NCBI RefSeq assembly: GCF_006345805.1
Contig: NW_021832127.1
Location: 62,001-126,000 of the forward strand
Direction: 5' to 3'
Length of the DNA: 64,000 nucleotides
Origin: Octopus sinensis
Lineage: Eukaryota
This document shows, piece after piece, positions 1-13,404 of the stretch (the first letter of the stretch is position 1; every line of letters starts with the position of its first letter). The position numbers were made by a program, and so were the translations under genes. A model generated the notes under the pieces. That model was not told the origin of the DNA. It saw nothing but the letters and a program-made list of their open reading frames with translations, and made no database searches.

Positions 1-82
1 CCGACATTGGCCCTAACGTTCTTGTTAGCCACCGGCTTCCTTCAATTGAAGGGGCCGGGGGTAAATAAATAAATAAATAAAT
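1..82 (+). repeat. 3' tail of a LINE-like element: GC-rich hairpin followed by (TAAA)5
   Basis: CCGGCTTCCTTC-AATT-GAAGGGGCCGG stem-loop immediately followed by TAAATAAATAAATAAATAAA; body lies upstream of the window. Confidence 0.4.
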
Positions 83-255
83 GAAGAAAAGGGAAAAGTA
101 AAAAATATAATGTCTAATAAAAGATTAATGGTTAGTTGTCTTTCCAAACATTTAGATTGAATTACGAAATGAAACCAAGATAGTTACTATGAATAGAGTT
201 AAAAAATGTTAAGGTTTTTGAATATTTTGCAATTATCTTGAGTCAGTAATTAGTG

Positions 256-337
256 TCAAACTATATGGGTCACCCTGTCAACTATGTAGGTCACCTTGGT
301 CGCCAGCGTGGTATGGTCGCCAGCGTAGTTCGCGACA
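256..337. mobile_element. Probable right terminus of a TGT...ACA (Ginger-like) element
   Basis: Two pairs of tandem sub-repeats (GTCAA(A)CTAT..GGTCACC x2; GGTCGCCAGCGT x2) ending in CGCGACA followed by TATTA, the same architecture as the paired ends at 8130/13382, 12207/12813 and 41202/43243. Confidence 0.4.
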
Positions 338-2371
338 TATTATAATATTCACATAATGTGCAACTATGAGTTTTCAATCTAAAATTATATAATGGATTCC
401 AACTTTCTAAACATTTTAATTTAATGTTTATTTAAGAGTAACATATGAAGAACATTATTCCGTACTTAGTCATTTTTATAGTTCTACTTTCCTGTTCGAC
501 TAGCCATTGACAAAATAAATGACTTAACACTGCTAGTTGATTTCTACACAGATGACTGAGTGCCATAATGATTAAACTATTATTGATGTTATTATTGATG
601 ATTTAACGTTATTTCTATCAAGATTTATTTTTAATTATAATTAAATTTTAAGCTATAAAAAGTTCCTATGCCAATCAATTTATAGTTTTTATTGCAATGG
701 AATTAATTCAGCCATCTTGTTTATTCAATTTATTAAATCAAAAAAGTACATTTCCTTGGTTGAGCAATAAAAATTATTTAGTATTGTATGGTAAGTTCAT
801 TTATGTTTAATATTAGATGTACGCACTAAAGAAAGCTATTATCGAAATCACATTAAATCTGCCAAATTAGCTAAAAAAGTAATCTTTCTATGAAAAACTA
901 TAGGTAAAATTCAACAACGCACAAATAAATGTGCTCAATTATAAAGAAGATTTGAATTGTAAAATTCATGTAATAATATATGATAATAATTCCGAAAAAT
1001 TTTCAGATACATGTTTGAAACGCATTAATTAACTTTTAGCTGCTGCTACCCAATTTGCGCAAGTCTGTTTGAAAGCCGGTACCTTGAACAAAGTTAAAAT
1101 TTTATTTGGTTGAATGTTTTTAATTGATAGAAACAAAATTATAGGCGGATATGAGCTTTTCTCCCGACTTTACCCTTATTTAAGAAGTCAAAAAACTATA
1201 TGGATTCCAAAGGTCTTAAACAACAATTGTTTTTTACATAATATACACTGATAAATCTGATTTAGCAGGAATTAGAATATATAAATACGTTTCCGTTTGA
1301 AATCATTTACAAAAAATTATATGTTGGAACAAAATTTCATACTTCTAATTCTTTAATTAAAAAACAAATGAATATCAACATATTTATAGAAATTTCAGAT
1401 AAATCTCATCTACCTTGGTATATAAACTATTAATATAATTTATTACATTTTAGTGAAAATTTGTCAAACGACAAAATAATGTTATCAGTGTCCTCATCAG
1501 AAGAGTTTCTACTTAATTTGAAAAATGCGGTACTTAAAATCTGTTAAGATTTAATTATTTTTATTCATAGATCGGGCTATAAAAGAATTTAAAACAGTTT
1601 TGGTATATTCTTCAAATGAAAAAAACGTTCATCTAGTTTATTCGGTCATTATTGGATATTTAATTTTGATTGATAATCTTAACTACAAGGTGATAATCTG
1701 AAATAAATTTTTAACTGTATATTTTTAGGAGGCATATGGAATTCTTATTAACAAAATTGAAAATTTTAGATTATCCGAAGAAAACATCAAAAAACTTAAT
1801 TAACTTTATTGGGATTTTTTCGTTGGATTTGTTTCAGTTATTTTTATAAGTTTTAAGAAATTTATATACGTAGCGTTATTGTTGATAGGAGACTCCATTC
1901 AAATAATTCATTATTCTCGTTTACTCTCAATTCGTAAAAGCATGCATTAAATTAATTTTCCACGCGCACAAACGTTCAATCACCATACTGATTTGCAGCT
2001 TTATACTCTTCTAAATTAATTTTTAAGGAAATACGATCTTTGAAAAATATTCAATGATCCTGAAATCCGGCAAATAGGTTCATCATTTCTGATGATTCCC
2101 ATAATATTTTTTAAATAACTTCCTTTTTTTTAACCTGGAAATACACAAATTGAATTCTGAATTTTGATAACTGAATAGCGTTGAACTTAAAAGAAAAAGA
2201 CTATAACATTTTAGAGTGATGTTGAACTTGAAAAAAACCTGGAACCATTTTGAAAAAACGGTTAAAAAATATTAAAAAATCTGCATCTAAAACATATTTA
2301 TAATTTTAGATTCTTCATATAAGACAGTTTTAACTATAGTATTTATAGATTAATTTTTAAATATTTCAAAT

Positions 2372-3075
2372 TGCGTGCAATCTCGGGACTTTTTTGGACG
2401 ACGATTCTTTGAGGATTGGAATCGGACAAAGACTTGGACTAGACGTTTGCCAGGAGCACCGATGCCGCTGCGGGAAAACGGTCGATGCGAAGGGATTGCA
2501 CCCGCTATCCTGCAGGAGATCCGCCGGAAGAGGACCACGTCACGCCGCTCTGAACGACGTGATCGTCAGAGCTCTGAAGGCTGCAGGCTTCCCAGCACAG
2601 CTTGAACCAGTGGGTCTCGATCGAGGTGATGGAAAGAGACCTGACGGGATGACTCTTTTCCCTTTCAACTCCGGACGATCTTTGGTCTGGGACGCAACTT
2701 GCGTCGATACTTACTCAAGCACGAATCTCCTTAAATCGGTTCAGACACCTGGAGCAGCTGCCTCAATCGCGGAAAACCTTAAAACCAAAAAATATTCCTT
2801 CCTCGGGGACCGCTACAGATTCACCCCTGTTGCGGCTGAGTCATCAGGAGCTGTTGGCCCAGCGACTGCCGAGTTCTTGCGCGAACTCGGAAGAATGCTC
2901 GCCACAAAGAAAAATGATCCTCGTGAAGGAGTATGGCTAAGACAAAGGATCGGAATAGCCATACTCCGAGGGAACTCGCTTTCCATACAGGCAGCGGGCT
3001 TCCTCAATTGATTTCTCAAATCAATCTCTTCTCTGAATTTATTAACTGACTATATTAATTTTTTCTTTAAAAAAA
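2372..3075 (+). mobile_element. 5'-truncated CRE-like non-LTR retrotransposon (CCHC zinc finger + restriction-like endonuclease)
   Basis: ORF 2394-3011 has CRC...HPLSC...RH, GDGKRPDG, WDATC, KY and QRIGIAILRGN; poly(A) tail; TSD AAATATTTCAAAT at 2359-2371 and 3076-3088. Confidence 0.9.
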
Positions 3076-3338
3076 AAATATTTCAAATATTAAAATTATA
3101 TGGCTCTAAATTTTCTCGGGTTGCATTTTATCGTCGTTACGTAAACAAAAGTATTTTTGTAAGAACTTATAAAGTGTATAAGGAAATTAATTTTTAAATA
3201 GAAATTAGCAGATTCAAAAAACAATGGATTCGGTGAGTTTTATGCTACATTGATAAAATAAAATTGCACATTTATTAATAACTTTGTAATAATAATTCCG
3301 ATTATATTAAGTCTATTAAAGAGGAACAGGAAATAAGA

Positions 3339-3997
3339 TTAATCAATTTCTTTATCCATAAATTTTTTCCTCGAAAATGCGATCCAGTGCTAATACAGAT
3401 TAACAAAAACTTCCAACCTTTGAGGGTTCGCTTGGTCCATTTTTATAAATAATATCCACAAGTCTTTGCCCTATTTCAATTCTCATCTGCATAATATAAT
3501 CCCGAAGATCTACTCATATGATAATAAACATTTAATCAGGTCTACCTTGTTTTTCTGAACTACTTGGAGCTTTATAGACAGAGTTAAGAGGAAACTTCGA
3601 ATCGCCAGGAATAGAAAATGTTTGAACAGCTTTAGCATTGAGCTGTTTAACTGCGCTCGATTTTTCTTTCTGTTTGGCGATTATTTTAATGCATTCTGAA
3701 ACGTAGAGGATACCATAAATGAATGTTCTATCCGAGTGAGACTCAATTTCGTATAATTTATGTAAAACGTTGGGTCGAAAATAGGAAATTACTACGTCTA
3801 CAATATCCTCTGTTTCTTTATTGCCTGTTAAATTTATTTTTAATTAAATTAATTAACTTATTATTGGGGCTGGTCCTCTCGCGTTGGTTTTTAAGGGCAT
3901 AATGGCAAAATCGCCAATTGATCTTCCATCATGTTTAATTGGGCAGTTAAAAGCCTAATTTAGTAAACTTAGAGACCATTAAATAGAATACTGGCAT
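3339..3997 (-). CDS. ARPC3: Arp2/3 complex subunit 3 (p21-Arc), 5 exons
   Basis: Spliced over four 28-37 nt GT-AG introns it reads MPAFNCP...GDFAIMPLKTNARGPAP...EDIVDVVISYFRPNV...DRTFIYGILYVSECIK...FSIPGDSKFPLNSVY...MRIEIGQRL...PSKHWIAFSRKKFMDKEID*, colinear with ARPC3; missed by the ORF track. Confidence 0.9.
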
Positions 3998-5478
3998 TTG
4001 TAGAAGTGTCTAAAAATATTATAGTAATTAGCACAACCAGAAGTGAAAAATACTAATTCCAATTATTAAGTTTATTTTAAATTTTATTATTTTTAATTAT
4101 AATAAAAATATTTTGAAAATATTTAATTCAACTTTATATTTCTATATATTCCTAATTTTTATATGGAATTTTTATCAATCAAACTATCTTTTTTAGATAA
4201 ATAATTAGTTTCAATTGAAAAAAAATCAAACTATCAAATTCAACGAGCTAGGTTCCAGCAGGCAGAGATTAGTTTCATCTAAGAATGGTCAAAGATATCT
4301 TTTGAAACAGCTAAAAGGTTTCCGCTCATAATTTATCATGAAGTTTTCATTAAATTTTGAAGCGTGTAGATAAAAACATTTTAACTTAAAAACACGGACG
4401 AAGCAGGATGTTTGGTTCGGAAACAGCATAATGTCCAGGAGATTACTTAGGATGCTGCCTTTAGCATAAAACTGCAAGTTCTGAAAGCCATGGCTGATGC
4501 TGTAGATCACTCTGACAAAGCAGAGTGGGCCAACGAGGTTGTCAGACTTTCTCGCCAGAGCTTTAATCGGATTCCTTGGAATAGATGGCCCACTATAACG
4601 GATACTTTCAATGAAAGTTTGTGACCTCAAAGTCTATATCCGATATCAAAACATTCTCAGAGCTACCCTGTACAATGAATCCTACCAACAGTTATTCTTA
4701 TGAAGCTCTCTCACAGAATAATGAAATATCCAATTTTAGAAATTTTCTTGAGAAATTTGATTTCCAAATTGGGAGAGTTCAGAGTCTTCCCCGAACTAAC
4801 CGGCTTGCCACTGATTAAAAAGCTACTATTTGAAATGAATCTTGCAATGAAAAAATATTTGAAATCCTATCTTTCTACGAACTTGAAATTTCAGACATTA
4901 TTTATGCTGTTCAAATTTCTTAGAAAACATATCAAATTCTTCTCGAGCAAGCTGCAAATTTGTTGAAAGTTCATCTGAAAAAATTGAAACATTAAAAAAT
5001 ATGTCTTTGGTCAATAATTTTCCTAATTTGACTGCAAAAAGTATGGAGTGGAAAAAAACATATGGCTATAAAAAGTCAAAAGAAGGAGAGGTTGCTAGAA
5101 TCTATATTTTAATTTCTGACAAAATAAAGATCCTGGAAAAGAAGCGAAAGTTAAAATTATTTCTATTTTGTTGACCAGTAGGTAAAGAGAATTTTCTGAA
5201 CCTATCTGTCGTATTTTCTAGGAGTTGTCTAAGATACTTATGTTTTGCAGCCATGCAGGGACATCGGGATGTGAGTACAAAACGACTTTAATGTCAAAAG
5301 GGCAAGAATGGTGACTCCATTTAGGCGTTTATTGTCTCCACGGTAAAGCCCAACAGATTCAAGTTTTGTCGGCAGCTTTTTTTTAATGGAGAAAATGTTG
5401 CGGGACATGAAAGAAAAGTTATAGAGCAGTTACATTTCCCAATGGAGAAATATTCTCGAATTTAACGAGATTAAGTGC

Positions 5479-6770
5479 CTATTTTTGTGATTCATGAAAT
5501 GCAACAGTACCAAGAAGTCTAAAGGACTCTTTCGGGTCGTCCCTTCTTTTGGCAATTCTTCTCCCCAAACAGCGTAAGAAACAAAGCGACTTGGAGCCAA
5601 AGACTCCAGAGGTCTCAACGGCGATGGGCGTGAAAATAAGACCGTATTTCCGGATTTTAGGATTTTCAGCACGATTAAAAGCGAAGCTTTGGTCGACGGC
5701 CGACATGGCTAGGTTCCAGTTGGATAATGTGTCACAGCAGGTAGAATCCCATATAAGGGATTTTCCCTGTTTGAAGGGGAATGTAGTTAAGCCGTCAGGG
5801 CGTTTGCCGTCACCTCTGTTCAAACCGACAGTTTCGAGGACAGATGGCACCCCGGAGGCTTCGAGGGATCTCTTCACAATGTCATTCAGTTAACTGTAGC
5901 GAGGCGGACGGCCTGTACTACCGAGGCATGCGAGGGGATGTAATCCAAACTCGTCCAAACTCCTTAGGGCTTTCAGCACGACGGGTTCTGTGGCAACAAA
6001 GGAATTGAAAGCAAGGGAGTCAGGGGACGGCTGAGGTCTAAAGTTTTTGGGCTGAGGGGGATGTTTGTCCCTGAGAGAATTCAAGACGGCAGGTGTAGAA
6101 GACAAAAGGGAACTTGTTGAAGCGACAAGCCTGACAGCACCGCGAACATCGCCATCCAAAAGTTTACTATTCACCTTTCTGCAAAGATAGTTATCATCGT
6201 TTGCCGGTGCAGGCGCTTGATTGGAAGAATGGCTAGTGGAAAGCTCTGATTTAGCGAGATAGTCCTCAAGCCGGTAAAAAGAAAAACAATTCTGATCGTA
6301 CAAACCCACTTTTTGTTTAAAAATCGTGGCTAGCGAAGGAGAGAAGGTTTTATTACGGTCTCTAGATGAAAGAAACCCGAGGCCAAAAAAAGCAAAACAG
6401 AACAATTTAAGCCAATCGGATTGCCCATCAGAAGGTAGGGTATTATCTATTGCGACGGTCAAGGAGGAAGCTGCCAGGGTACGAGCAGCCTTAGGGATTC
6501 TTGGGGGGATTTGCCGGAGACGGTGGAAAAGTTTGATAGATTTGAGAACGAAAGAGATAGAACAGGTCTCAGAAATGGGGACGGAATCGGGAAAAGGTCA
6601 GGAGAGTGGCAAGAGCAAGAAATTGCAAGAGGGGATGGCAATAATGAGGCGCCAGAAAGGCAGGCGCGACAGACTCAGGTTGGAAGGCGTTCTGACGTGC
6701 GGCGAGCTTGAGAAACACATGAAAGATGAAAGAACTGCGTACAAGAAGAATAAAATCGGCCTTTTTTATT
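5479..6770 (-). mobile_element. Internally deleted CRE-like element (N-terminal region joined to RLE, RT missing)
   Basis: RIPKAAR...W.KLF and KLLDGDVRGAVRL...LRDKHP (pre-RT motifs) run directly into LDEFGLHPLAC and GDGKRPDG/WDSTC. Confidence 0.8.
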
Positions 6771-6774
6771 TTTG

Positions 6775-7210
6775 TTAACCACGTTGCAGATGATGCAGAG
6801 AGAAACAGAGTTGCGAATAGGATTAGGAAAATTCATAAAAGAATACAAGATCGAAACAAATAGTGGATTGAGAAAAGATTACTGGAGGAAAGAATAAGAA
6901 GGGGTGATAGAAACAGAAAAGCAATTTACTTGATAAAATAGAATAACACCACAACAGCAAATAACAAAAAAAGATATCGAGCTTGTAACGTAGCCAAAAT
7001 AATCTCTTTGATAGGGAGGCACAGCTAGCACTCCTTCTGCATGAAAGAGGGTGTAATCCGTTGGCATCGACTTTATTACAACATCGGCATTGACCCCCTT
7101 GAACAAACATTAAGTCTCAAGCGCATTGCTACGCTAATCCTCACACAGTCATTATTGAGAAAAGTTCCAGACTGAGAACAAGGAAGGGCATTAAGCCACG
7201 CACCACTTTC
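6775..7210 (-). mobile_element. Second CRE-like fragment (zinc finger plus deleted 3' end)
   Basis: GAWLNALP...FLNNDCVRISVAMRL...CRCCNKVDANGLHPLSC on the minus strand; remnant of the RGNS-like end near 6790-6820. Confidence 0.7.
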
Positions 7211-7221
7211 AGGTCTCAGGC

Positions 7222-7241
7222 TGAGAACCACTGCCCTAGAC
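7222..7241. mobile_element. Solo hAT terminus with TSD-like flank
   Basis: TGAGAACCACTG matches the right TIR of the hAT at 36221 and is followed by CCCTAGAC (NNNTANNN); no partner end found. Confidence 0.4.
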
Positions 7242-7260
7242 TGAAAATTAAAAATTAATA

Positions 7261-7455
7261 GATGGGGCTTATTCGGTCACATCTTAAGAATGACAGGAAC
7301 ACTCTAGTTAATCTCGTGGTGGAACACTTCTACGGTCCCATCCTGGATCGACTTTAAGGGGAAGACCACGGACTACGCTTCTAACTGTTTTATATCAAAA
7401 CCTAACCCGGATTGGAAAAGGGCTGCCATCAATGGATGGCTTTCCAGATTCAAAA
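7261..7455 (+). mobile_element. RTE-like LINE C-terminal remnant
   Basis: RWGLFGHILRM then GRPRTT and WKRAA motifs with stops and frameshifts. Confidence 0.5.
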
Positions 7456-8222
7456 AAAACAATGTAAAATTGGGTCGGGTCAGATAAGAAAATTCCGTTA
7501 ATGATTGGGAAATATTAGAAACCCAGATGTTTTAAAAGCGTTAAAATTGAGAAATATTTCAAATACTGTCATTCCTCAAAAGCATAGATGACTGACAAAA
7601 TTTTATTGAATAGCTTTATCAATGAGATATGGAATTAAAAAAGGAAAAATTCTTTTAATTATTGACCAAAGCCCATTATATAAAATATTAATCAATTAAA
7701 ATTTATTGAAATTAATTTTTCCCTGCCGAACACCTCAACAAAATTGCAACCAATAAATCAAAAAATAATTCGTTCCTTTAATACTGAATTCAATAAATTC
7801 AAATTTAATAAAATTTTTCTGAAAATTGATTGCCGATATGGCATTCATGAGTCATACAAAAATTTAACACTAAAGTTTTATTTACCTATTTTGGTTTGGA
7901 ATGAAGTCACCAAAAAAACTATCAAAAATTTTTTCAGGCATGCTAAGTGGATTTTATGTGAAGAGCAAATTCAATCTTCTAACTATACAATTGAGAAATA
8001 AGCAAATGAATATTTTGGATCCAATGGAAAAATAGATTTTGTTGACGTACATTGAAATAGACAAAGTTAGTTTGAATGTATATCGAAAAATACAATGTTT
8101 ATCTGGATGTCCGAAAAAAAGAAATAATATGTCACATGCCTCAGCGATTACTATGCCCCACTCGTTACCTCTGAGAAATATGATTTTTAATTTTTAAGAA
8201 AAATTAAAAATCAATCATAATG

Positions 8223-11200
8223 AATTGAATTGAATTGAAATTTTATTTTCTATGTAACAAACTCGTCACTAGATTAAAAGGGGAGAGAAGAGCCAAACGA
8301 AACCAAGGAGACGGAAGAAACAAGTTTGTTTGCTGATTGGGGTCAATTCTAATGGGACACCAGATGTGTCCCGATAAAAATAACGACCCCTTGCACCACT
8401 ATTTATTTAAGTGATGCAACAGTTTTTCAATGGATCGTACCGATCCCTCCAGCTCTGGGGTTAGTTTGGATTTTAAGTCCAAGCCATGTGCCAGTTTAAT
8501 GGCATATCTCCGCGTTTTCTCCAAAAGATCAATATGTTTCTTTCCTTCGCAGCTTCCGAACCATCCTTGAGATCCATAGATCAGGAAGGGTTCTATACAC
8601 GCAGAGTATACGTATAAGAACGTTTCCGGTTTCAGCTGGAATCGCATCAGAGCTTTCAACATTTGGGTAGCCTTGTTCTTTCTCTTCCTTATATACATCT
8701 TGAATGAACCAGTTGCATCCACAACTATTCCGAGGTATTTAAGATCATCCACGGGTTTTATCGCTCCGGTGTTAATACAAACATCAGGTTTCCTTCTCCT
8801 TTTACCAATCCAGCAAACAGTGCTTTTTTCAAAGATAAAGACAAGCCTTTATCCTGGCACCATTTGCCAATTTTTTCGATATGACTGTGGGTTCTTTTCC
8901 ACGATATTGACTTGCTCATAGAGAAATCCATAATAAAATATCATCTGCGTAGATGACCATCTCCATGCTAGGGAGATCCACTTGAGGGATGTCGCACATC
9001 ACACAGTTAAATAAAAGTGGACTGATGACAGATCCCTGCGGAACTCCTCTCTTAAGCAAAATTCTCTTCGATAATTGGTTACCGACCCGTACAAACGATT
9101 CTCTTTCCGAGAGGAAACTCTTCATCCAAACTAGGGCTGTCTTTCCAACGCTAAAATTGTATAAAGTTCGTAATAGCCCGGCATGCCAGACGCTATCAAA
9201 TGCTTTTGATATGTCTAGACATGCAGCCGTAAGATACTCTTTTTTCCTTTGTGCTGTAGATATGGCCTCCTTTAACAGTGAAAAGCAATTTCCAGTGCCC
9301 TTGTTCCGCCGAAAACCCCATTGCTCTTTCAAGAGATACTGTTTATCTTCAATATAAGTTGATAGTCTTTTAAAGACAATTTTTTCCATGATTTTTGAGA
9401 TAGAACATATGAGGCTGATTGGTCTGTAATTTGCAGGATCCGAACTCGGTTTTCCTTTCTTCGGGATCATGCGAACAATTGTCCTCTTCCATGCTTGGGG
9501 AACATGTCCAATACTCCACGAAGAGTTAAATAGCTTCCATAGTTCATATAACAAAGGCATTCCCGCCTTTTTGAAGATAATCATCGGTATGTAGTCCCAA
9601 CCAGGGGATTTATTTTTACATCCGTGTATTGCTGATTTTTTTTCTTCCATAGAAATAGCTCCACATAATGGCCCCTCCGTAAGCGATAGTAACTCCCAAA
9701 CACGTCTCATTTTGTATAGTCTGAGAAATCATAGACAAAGGGTCCACTTCTTGAATCTTAGCTAGCTGCTCTTTTAACTTCTCAGGTACCTCCTCTCTTG
9801 GAATCAGATTGCCATCACTGGACTTGAGTTTTATCTCTCCACCCTTTTTATCAGAACTCATCTTTGAGAAAAGTTTCCAAAAATTCGGATTTTTATGAGA
9901 GAGTTTAGAGCATTCTTTTTTCCAGCTCTCCTCTACTATATCCTTAGATAATTCCTCTGATAAGTTTTTAATCGATTTTATTCTTTGTTTGAGAAGATAG
10001 CGTCTTGCGGGTCCCAACACCGCTTTAGTTTACTTTCAAGTTCCTTTTTTCACGAAGTAGTTTGGATTGCTCTTCATTTATCAATCGATTTTTGTACGAG
10101 AAGAGAAACCTCTTTTTTCCATAGTCCTCCAGATAATTTCGAATAATGTTCCTTATTCTTTCATCCAAATAATTGATCTCGTCAAGATTTAGTATTTTCA
10201 ATTCTTGAGTATTTGCAAATTTCATAGACATATAAAAGTTAAAATGATTCCAATTAATGTTGCTGATATTATAACCAAGAAATACATCCTCAGTGAGAAC
10301 TGCTCCCGTTCGTAGTTTCATCGTTTGCGGAAGATGGTCACTCCCAACATCATTTTCACATAAGGCCGGTCACACACAACCACGTAAGGCATTTGCAACA
10401 ATAAACAATCCTAATCGATCACCACCTTGCTGCTGAAAGTGGTTAAGCTCTTCAGACGTTAAAATTTGAAAATTTGAGGTTTTTTTGATCTTAAGTAAAC
10501 AATTTCCATCCTGATTTGACTTCACGCACCCATATGCAGTATGCTTCGCATTTAAGTCTCCAACAAGAATTGGATTCTCATTTCCTTCCATAAAATTTTT
10601 GACAATCGACGAATAATCTTTCAACCTTTTGGAGTATATACCTCCAACGGTTATCCATCCAATAGAAGTTTTTAAATCAATGGATGCTAATTCACATACA
10701 TTCTGTTCAATTATTCTTGGATTCCGAATGTCAATAGACTTTTTGTAAAATATTGATGTTCCTGTGCCGGCGTTAGCACCAGGATGCCAAGGAATATCAA
10801 TCGAGCTGTATCCAGGAATAGTGATACTTCCAGACTTCTTCATTTTCGTCTCGTTAATGATAAATACATCCATCTGAACTGTGCTGATAAGAGCTATCAG
10901 CTCTGCTGCCCGCTTTCGAAGAGAGCGGGCATTAACCAGGGTAATCCTGGTCACGTTTGATTTATTTTGGCTGCTTCCCTCTTTTAGGAGAGCCACCAAA
11001 CCGAGTAAAAGCTTGGCATCTTTTTTAGTTCTGGTCACGTCCTTAATAGATCTTTCGAGCTCACTAATTAAGTCAGCTCGAGGTCGACCCGTCATTGACC
11101 CAGCTCCTGAAGTCGACAAAGTCTGCACCGCAGAGTGAGATATAGTCGTTTCCTCTGTCTGTGTTCCAGCTTCAACTGTTTTCCTAACTCTTGGAACGTT

Positions 11201-12070
11201 CCATCCCGCCCATGGCTTCAAGGGTAAATTTTTTATGTCTGTTTGGTTGATTTTAGCATTCTCCGAAGCTTCTTTTAACAGTTTCTGAACTAGAATTTTA
11301 TCATTTTTCAGCTTTGAAGCTTCTTTAGCTTTCTCACAGCCCCGATAATTTGCCAAGTGGCTCGAAGAACCGCAGTTGACACATTTTTTCATGTTAGAGT
11401 CCTTGCAATCTGTTCCAGCATGTGTACCCGAACAAAATAGACATTCTCCTGATTTTTACAGAAGCGTGCTATGTGGCCAAACCCTTGGCATCGATAGCAC
11501 TGGACTTCCGGTTTTCTGTACCACTCGGCCTTTACATTCGAAAAGCCAATCTTTAGCCCAAATCGTACAAGCGATTGAGCTTCTCCATGATCAGAAGTTA
11601 CCAATTTAATAATAGGGAGTCTCACTCCCCTTTTCTCAAAGCGTTCGAGAGTCATTTTTCCTTTCACTTTGCCCTTCAGGAAGTCTTCGAGTTCCTCAAT
11701 TTCGATCCAAGTTGGGACATTTTTTAGAATTATTGCCACTGGCCCGAATTTCTTATTTTTGAGAGAGTGGCCTCCCTCTCCAAAAGGTTTGCTTTCTTCT
11801 AATTCAATTGAAAGTTTTCCACATCTTTTTCGACTTTGAAATTCAGTAGAAACTCTCCTGACTGTCGGCGAGAAACTCGTGCCTTCTTGATCGATTTCAT
11901 GTTGCATAGCGTGTTAAAAATATTAATAGATCCCATCGAGGGGTTATTGACTTTAAGCACAACAGTAATGTTGCCTCCAAACTTGTTTTCATATGATAAA
12001 TGCTCGTTTTCTGTCTTTATTGTTGCCTTATTTTCACTCTTGAAAACTGACATATACACCACAACAACCC
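8223..12070 (-). mobile_element. Near full-length Jockey/I-like LINE (gag knuckles, APE, RT), frameshifted
   Basis: CYRCQGFGHIARFC and CVNC...H...C knuckles; APE motifs NARSL, INETK, GDLNAKH; RT motifs YRPISL, LDISKAFD, GVPQGSVISP, YADD; (ATTCA)n tail; 25-bp TSD GAAAAATTAAAAATCAATCATAATG at 8198-8222 and 12071-12095. Confidence 0.92.
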
Positions 12071-12206
12071 GAAAAATTAAAAATCAATCATAATGCAATA
12101 AAATTCAAATTATATATAAAGTTAATTAGAGTACAATTTAATGATATACTAAAAGATGCTTTTAAATAAATAAATTAAATAATATTTTTAATACAACAAA
12201 ACATTA

Positions 12207-12813
12207 TGTCGCGAGCGCTGCGAGCGACCGAGCGCAGCGAGCGATCACTCAATTTCTAGATGCGATCAATCAACAAATTCATAAAATGACAAATACCCGT
12301 GCTGGTATTTGGGTTTAAATATATTCGATTACAAAAATTAAAATCGATGCCAAAGCAGAATGTGCTTTAAAACCGATTTCATAAATAAAAATAATATTTT
12401 AAAATTTGTAATTGATATTTTAGAATAATGAGAAAAAATCTAAATGCTTCATAATTTATTAAAATGTCAAAACAGGAATCTTCTGAAGGAGCAAGCCTGT
12501 CTGCACAGTTCATTTGTGATTAGAAGACCTAATTTTAGAGATTGAAACGAGAAATAGCAATGAGATCTGTCAAATTATTACCCCCCTCACAACCTAAACC
12601 AAATTAGCGTTCAGTATTCATTGATTTTACTTTTTCTATTAAGGTCTACTTATAAATTATTTTATGGGATTCAATGGAAAACTTAAGTTATTTCAATTTT
12701 AATTTTAAATCATGTTAAAATTTTAAATAATTTAATAAATATATTTGTTGATGACAGGCTTGTTAGGCGTTAAAGTCGCTCTCAGCGCTCGATCGCTTGC
12801 AGCGCTCGCGACA
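12207..12813. mobile_element. 607-bp TGT...ACA MITE nested in the 8130-13382 element
   Basis: ~38-bp TIRs TGTCGCGAGCGCTGC(G/A)AGCGA(C/T)CGAGCGC; 5-bp TSD CATTA at 12202-12206 and 12814-12818. Confidence 0.88.
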
Positions 12814-13050
12814 CATTATGACTGCTACGGACATAAAACATATTTTAAATGATGTGAATGTGTGTGAAAAGCTTAAAGCAACATAATTTGATAGTTTATA
12901 AAATTTAAAATTAATTATTTTGTCCTTTATTTGATTCTTTTCATGTAAACTATCTTTGTATCTCCATTCGAAAATTCTACATTAACGCGGTTATAAGAAA
13001 GATTGATTTGATCGTGACAGTATCACAACAAGCACTTTCAAATTTTTTCA

Positions 13051-13186
13051 AACCTAACCCCAACCTTTGCCCTAACCTTTACCCTAACCCTAACCCCAAC
13101 CTTTACCCTAACCTTTACCCTAACCCTAAACCCAACCTTTACCCTAACCTTTACCCTAACCCTAATCTTACCTTAGCCCTAACCCC
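13051..13186 (+). repeat. Degenerate telomere-like array (CCCTAA / CCTTTA / CCCCAA units)
   Basis: Directly visible ...CCCTAACCTTTACCCTAACCCTAACCCCAACC...; produces the spurious PNPNL ORF. Confidence 0.9.
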
Positions 13187-13404
13187 GACAATAAACAGCA
13201 TGCTTAATTTATTGTTTTTTAATTTTAATGGTTAAGCATTGAAAAAATAAAAATCCATAATATTATTAATTTTTAAATTAATAAGTAAATATATTTCAAT
13301 CGTCTAAATATTTTTAATTGAAATTTTAGAAATTTAGAGCAATGGTAACGCGTGGGGCATGGTAACGCGTGGGCATGTGACATAATATATACATTTTTGT
13401 TATT

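Larger units (their letters stand above)
8130..13382. mobile_element. Non-autonomous TGT...ACA (Ginger-like) element, about 770 bp once nested insertions are removed
   Basis: Imperfect ~40-bp TIRs (TGTCACATGCC...TTACC at 8130; inverse ending GGCATGTGACA at 13382); 5-bp TSD TAATA at 8125-8129 and 13383-13387. Confidence 0.8.

Noticed and set aside
400-2300. Possible intron-rich host gene (similar unresolved tracts at 21800-22530 and 51560-53400)
   Set aside because: Could not build a consistent spliced frame or recognise a family; needs RNA-seq
4289-5330. Coding-like stretch with scattered stops
   Set aside because: Probably a decayed gene or TE, but no family motif could be recognised
6326-6778. 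Long antisense ORFs over CRE/LINE copies (also 13609-13959, 14796-15200, 43400-43843, 46830-47393)
   Set aside because: Shadow frames of GC-richer retroelement coding sequence
13051-13186. True chromosome end or telomere fusion
   Set aside because: Arrays are short, degenerate, single-orientation and enclosed by TIRs with TSDs
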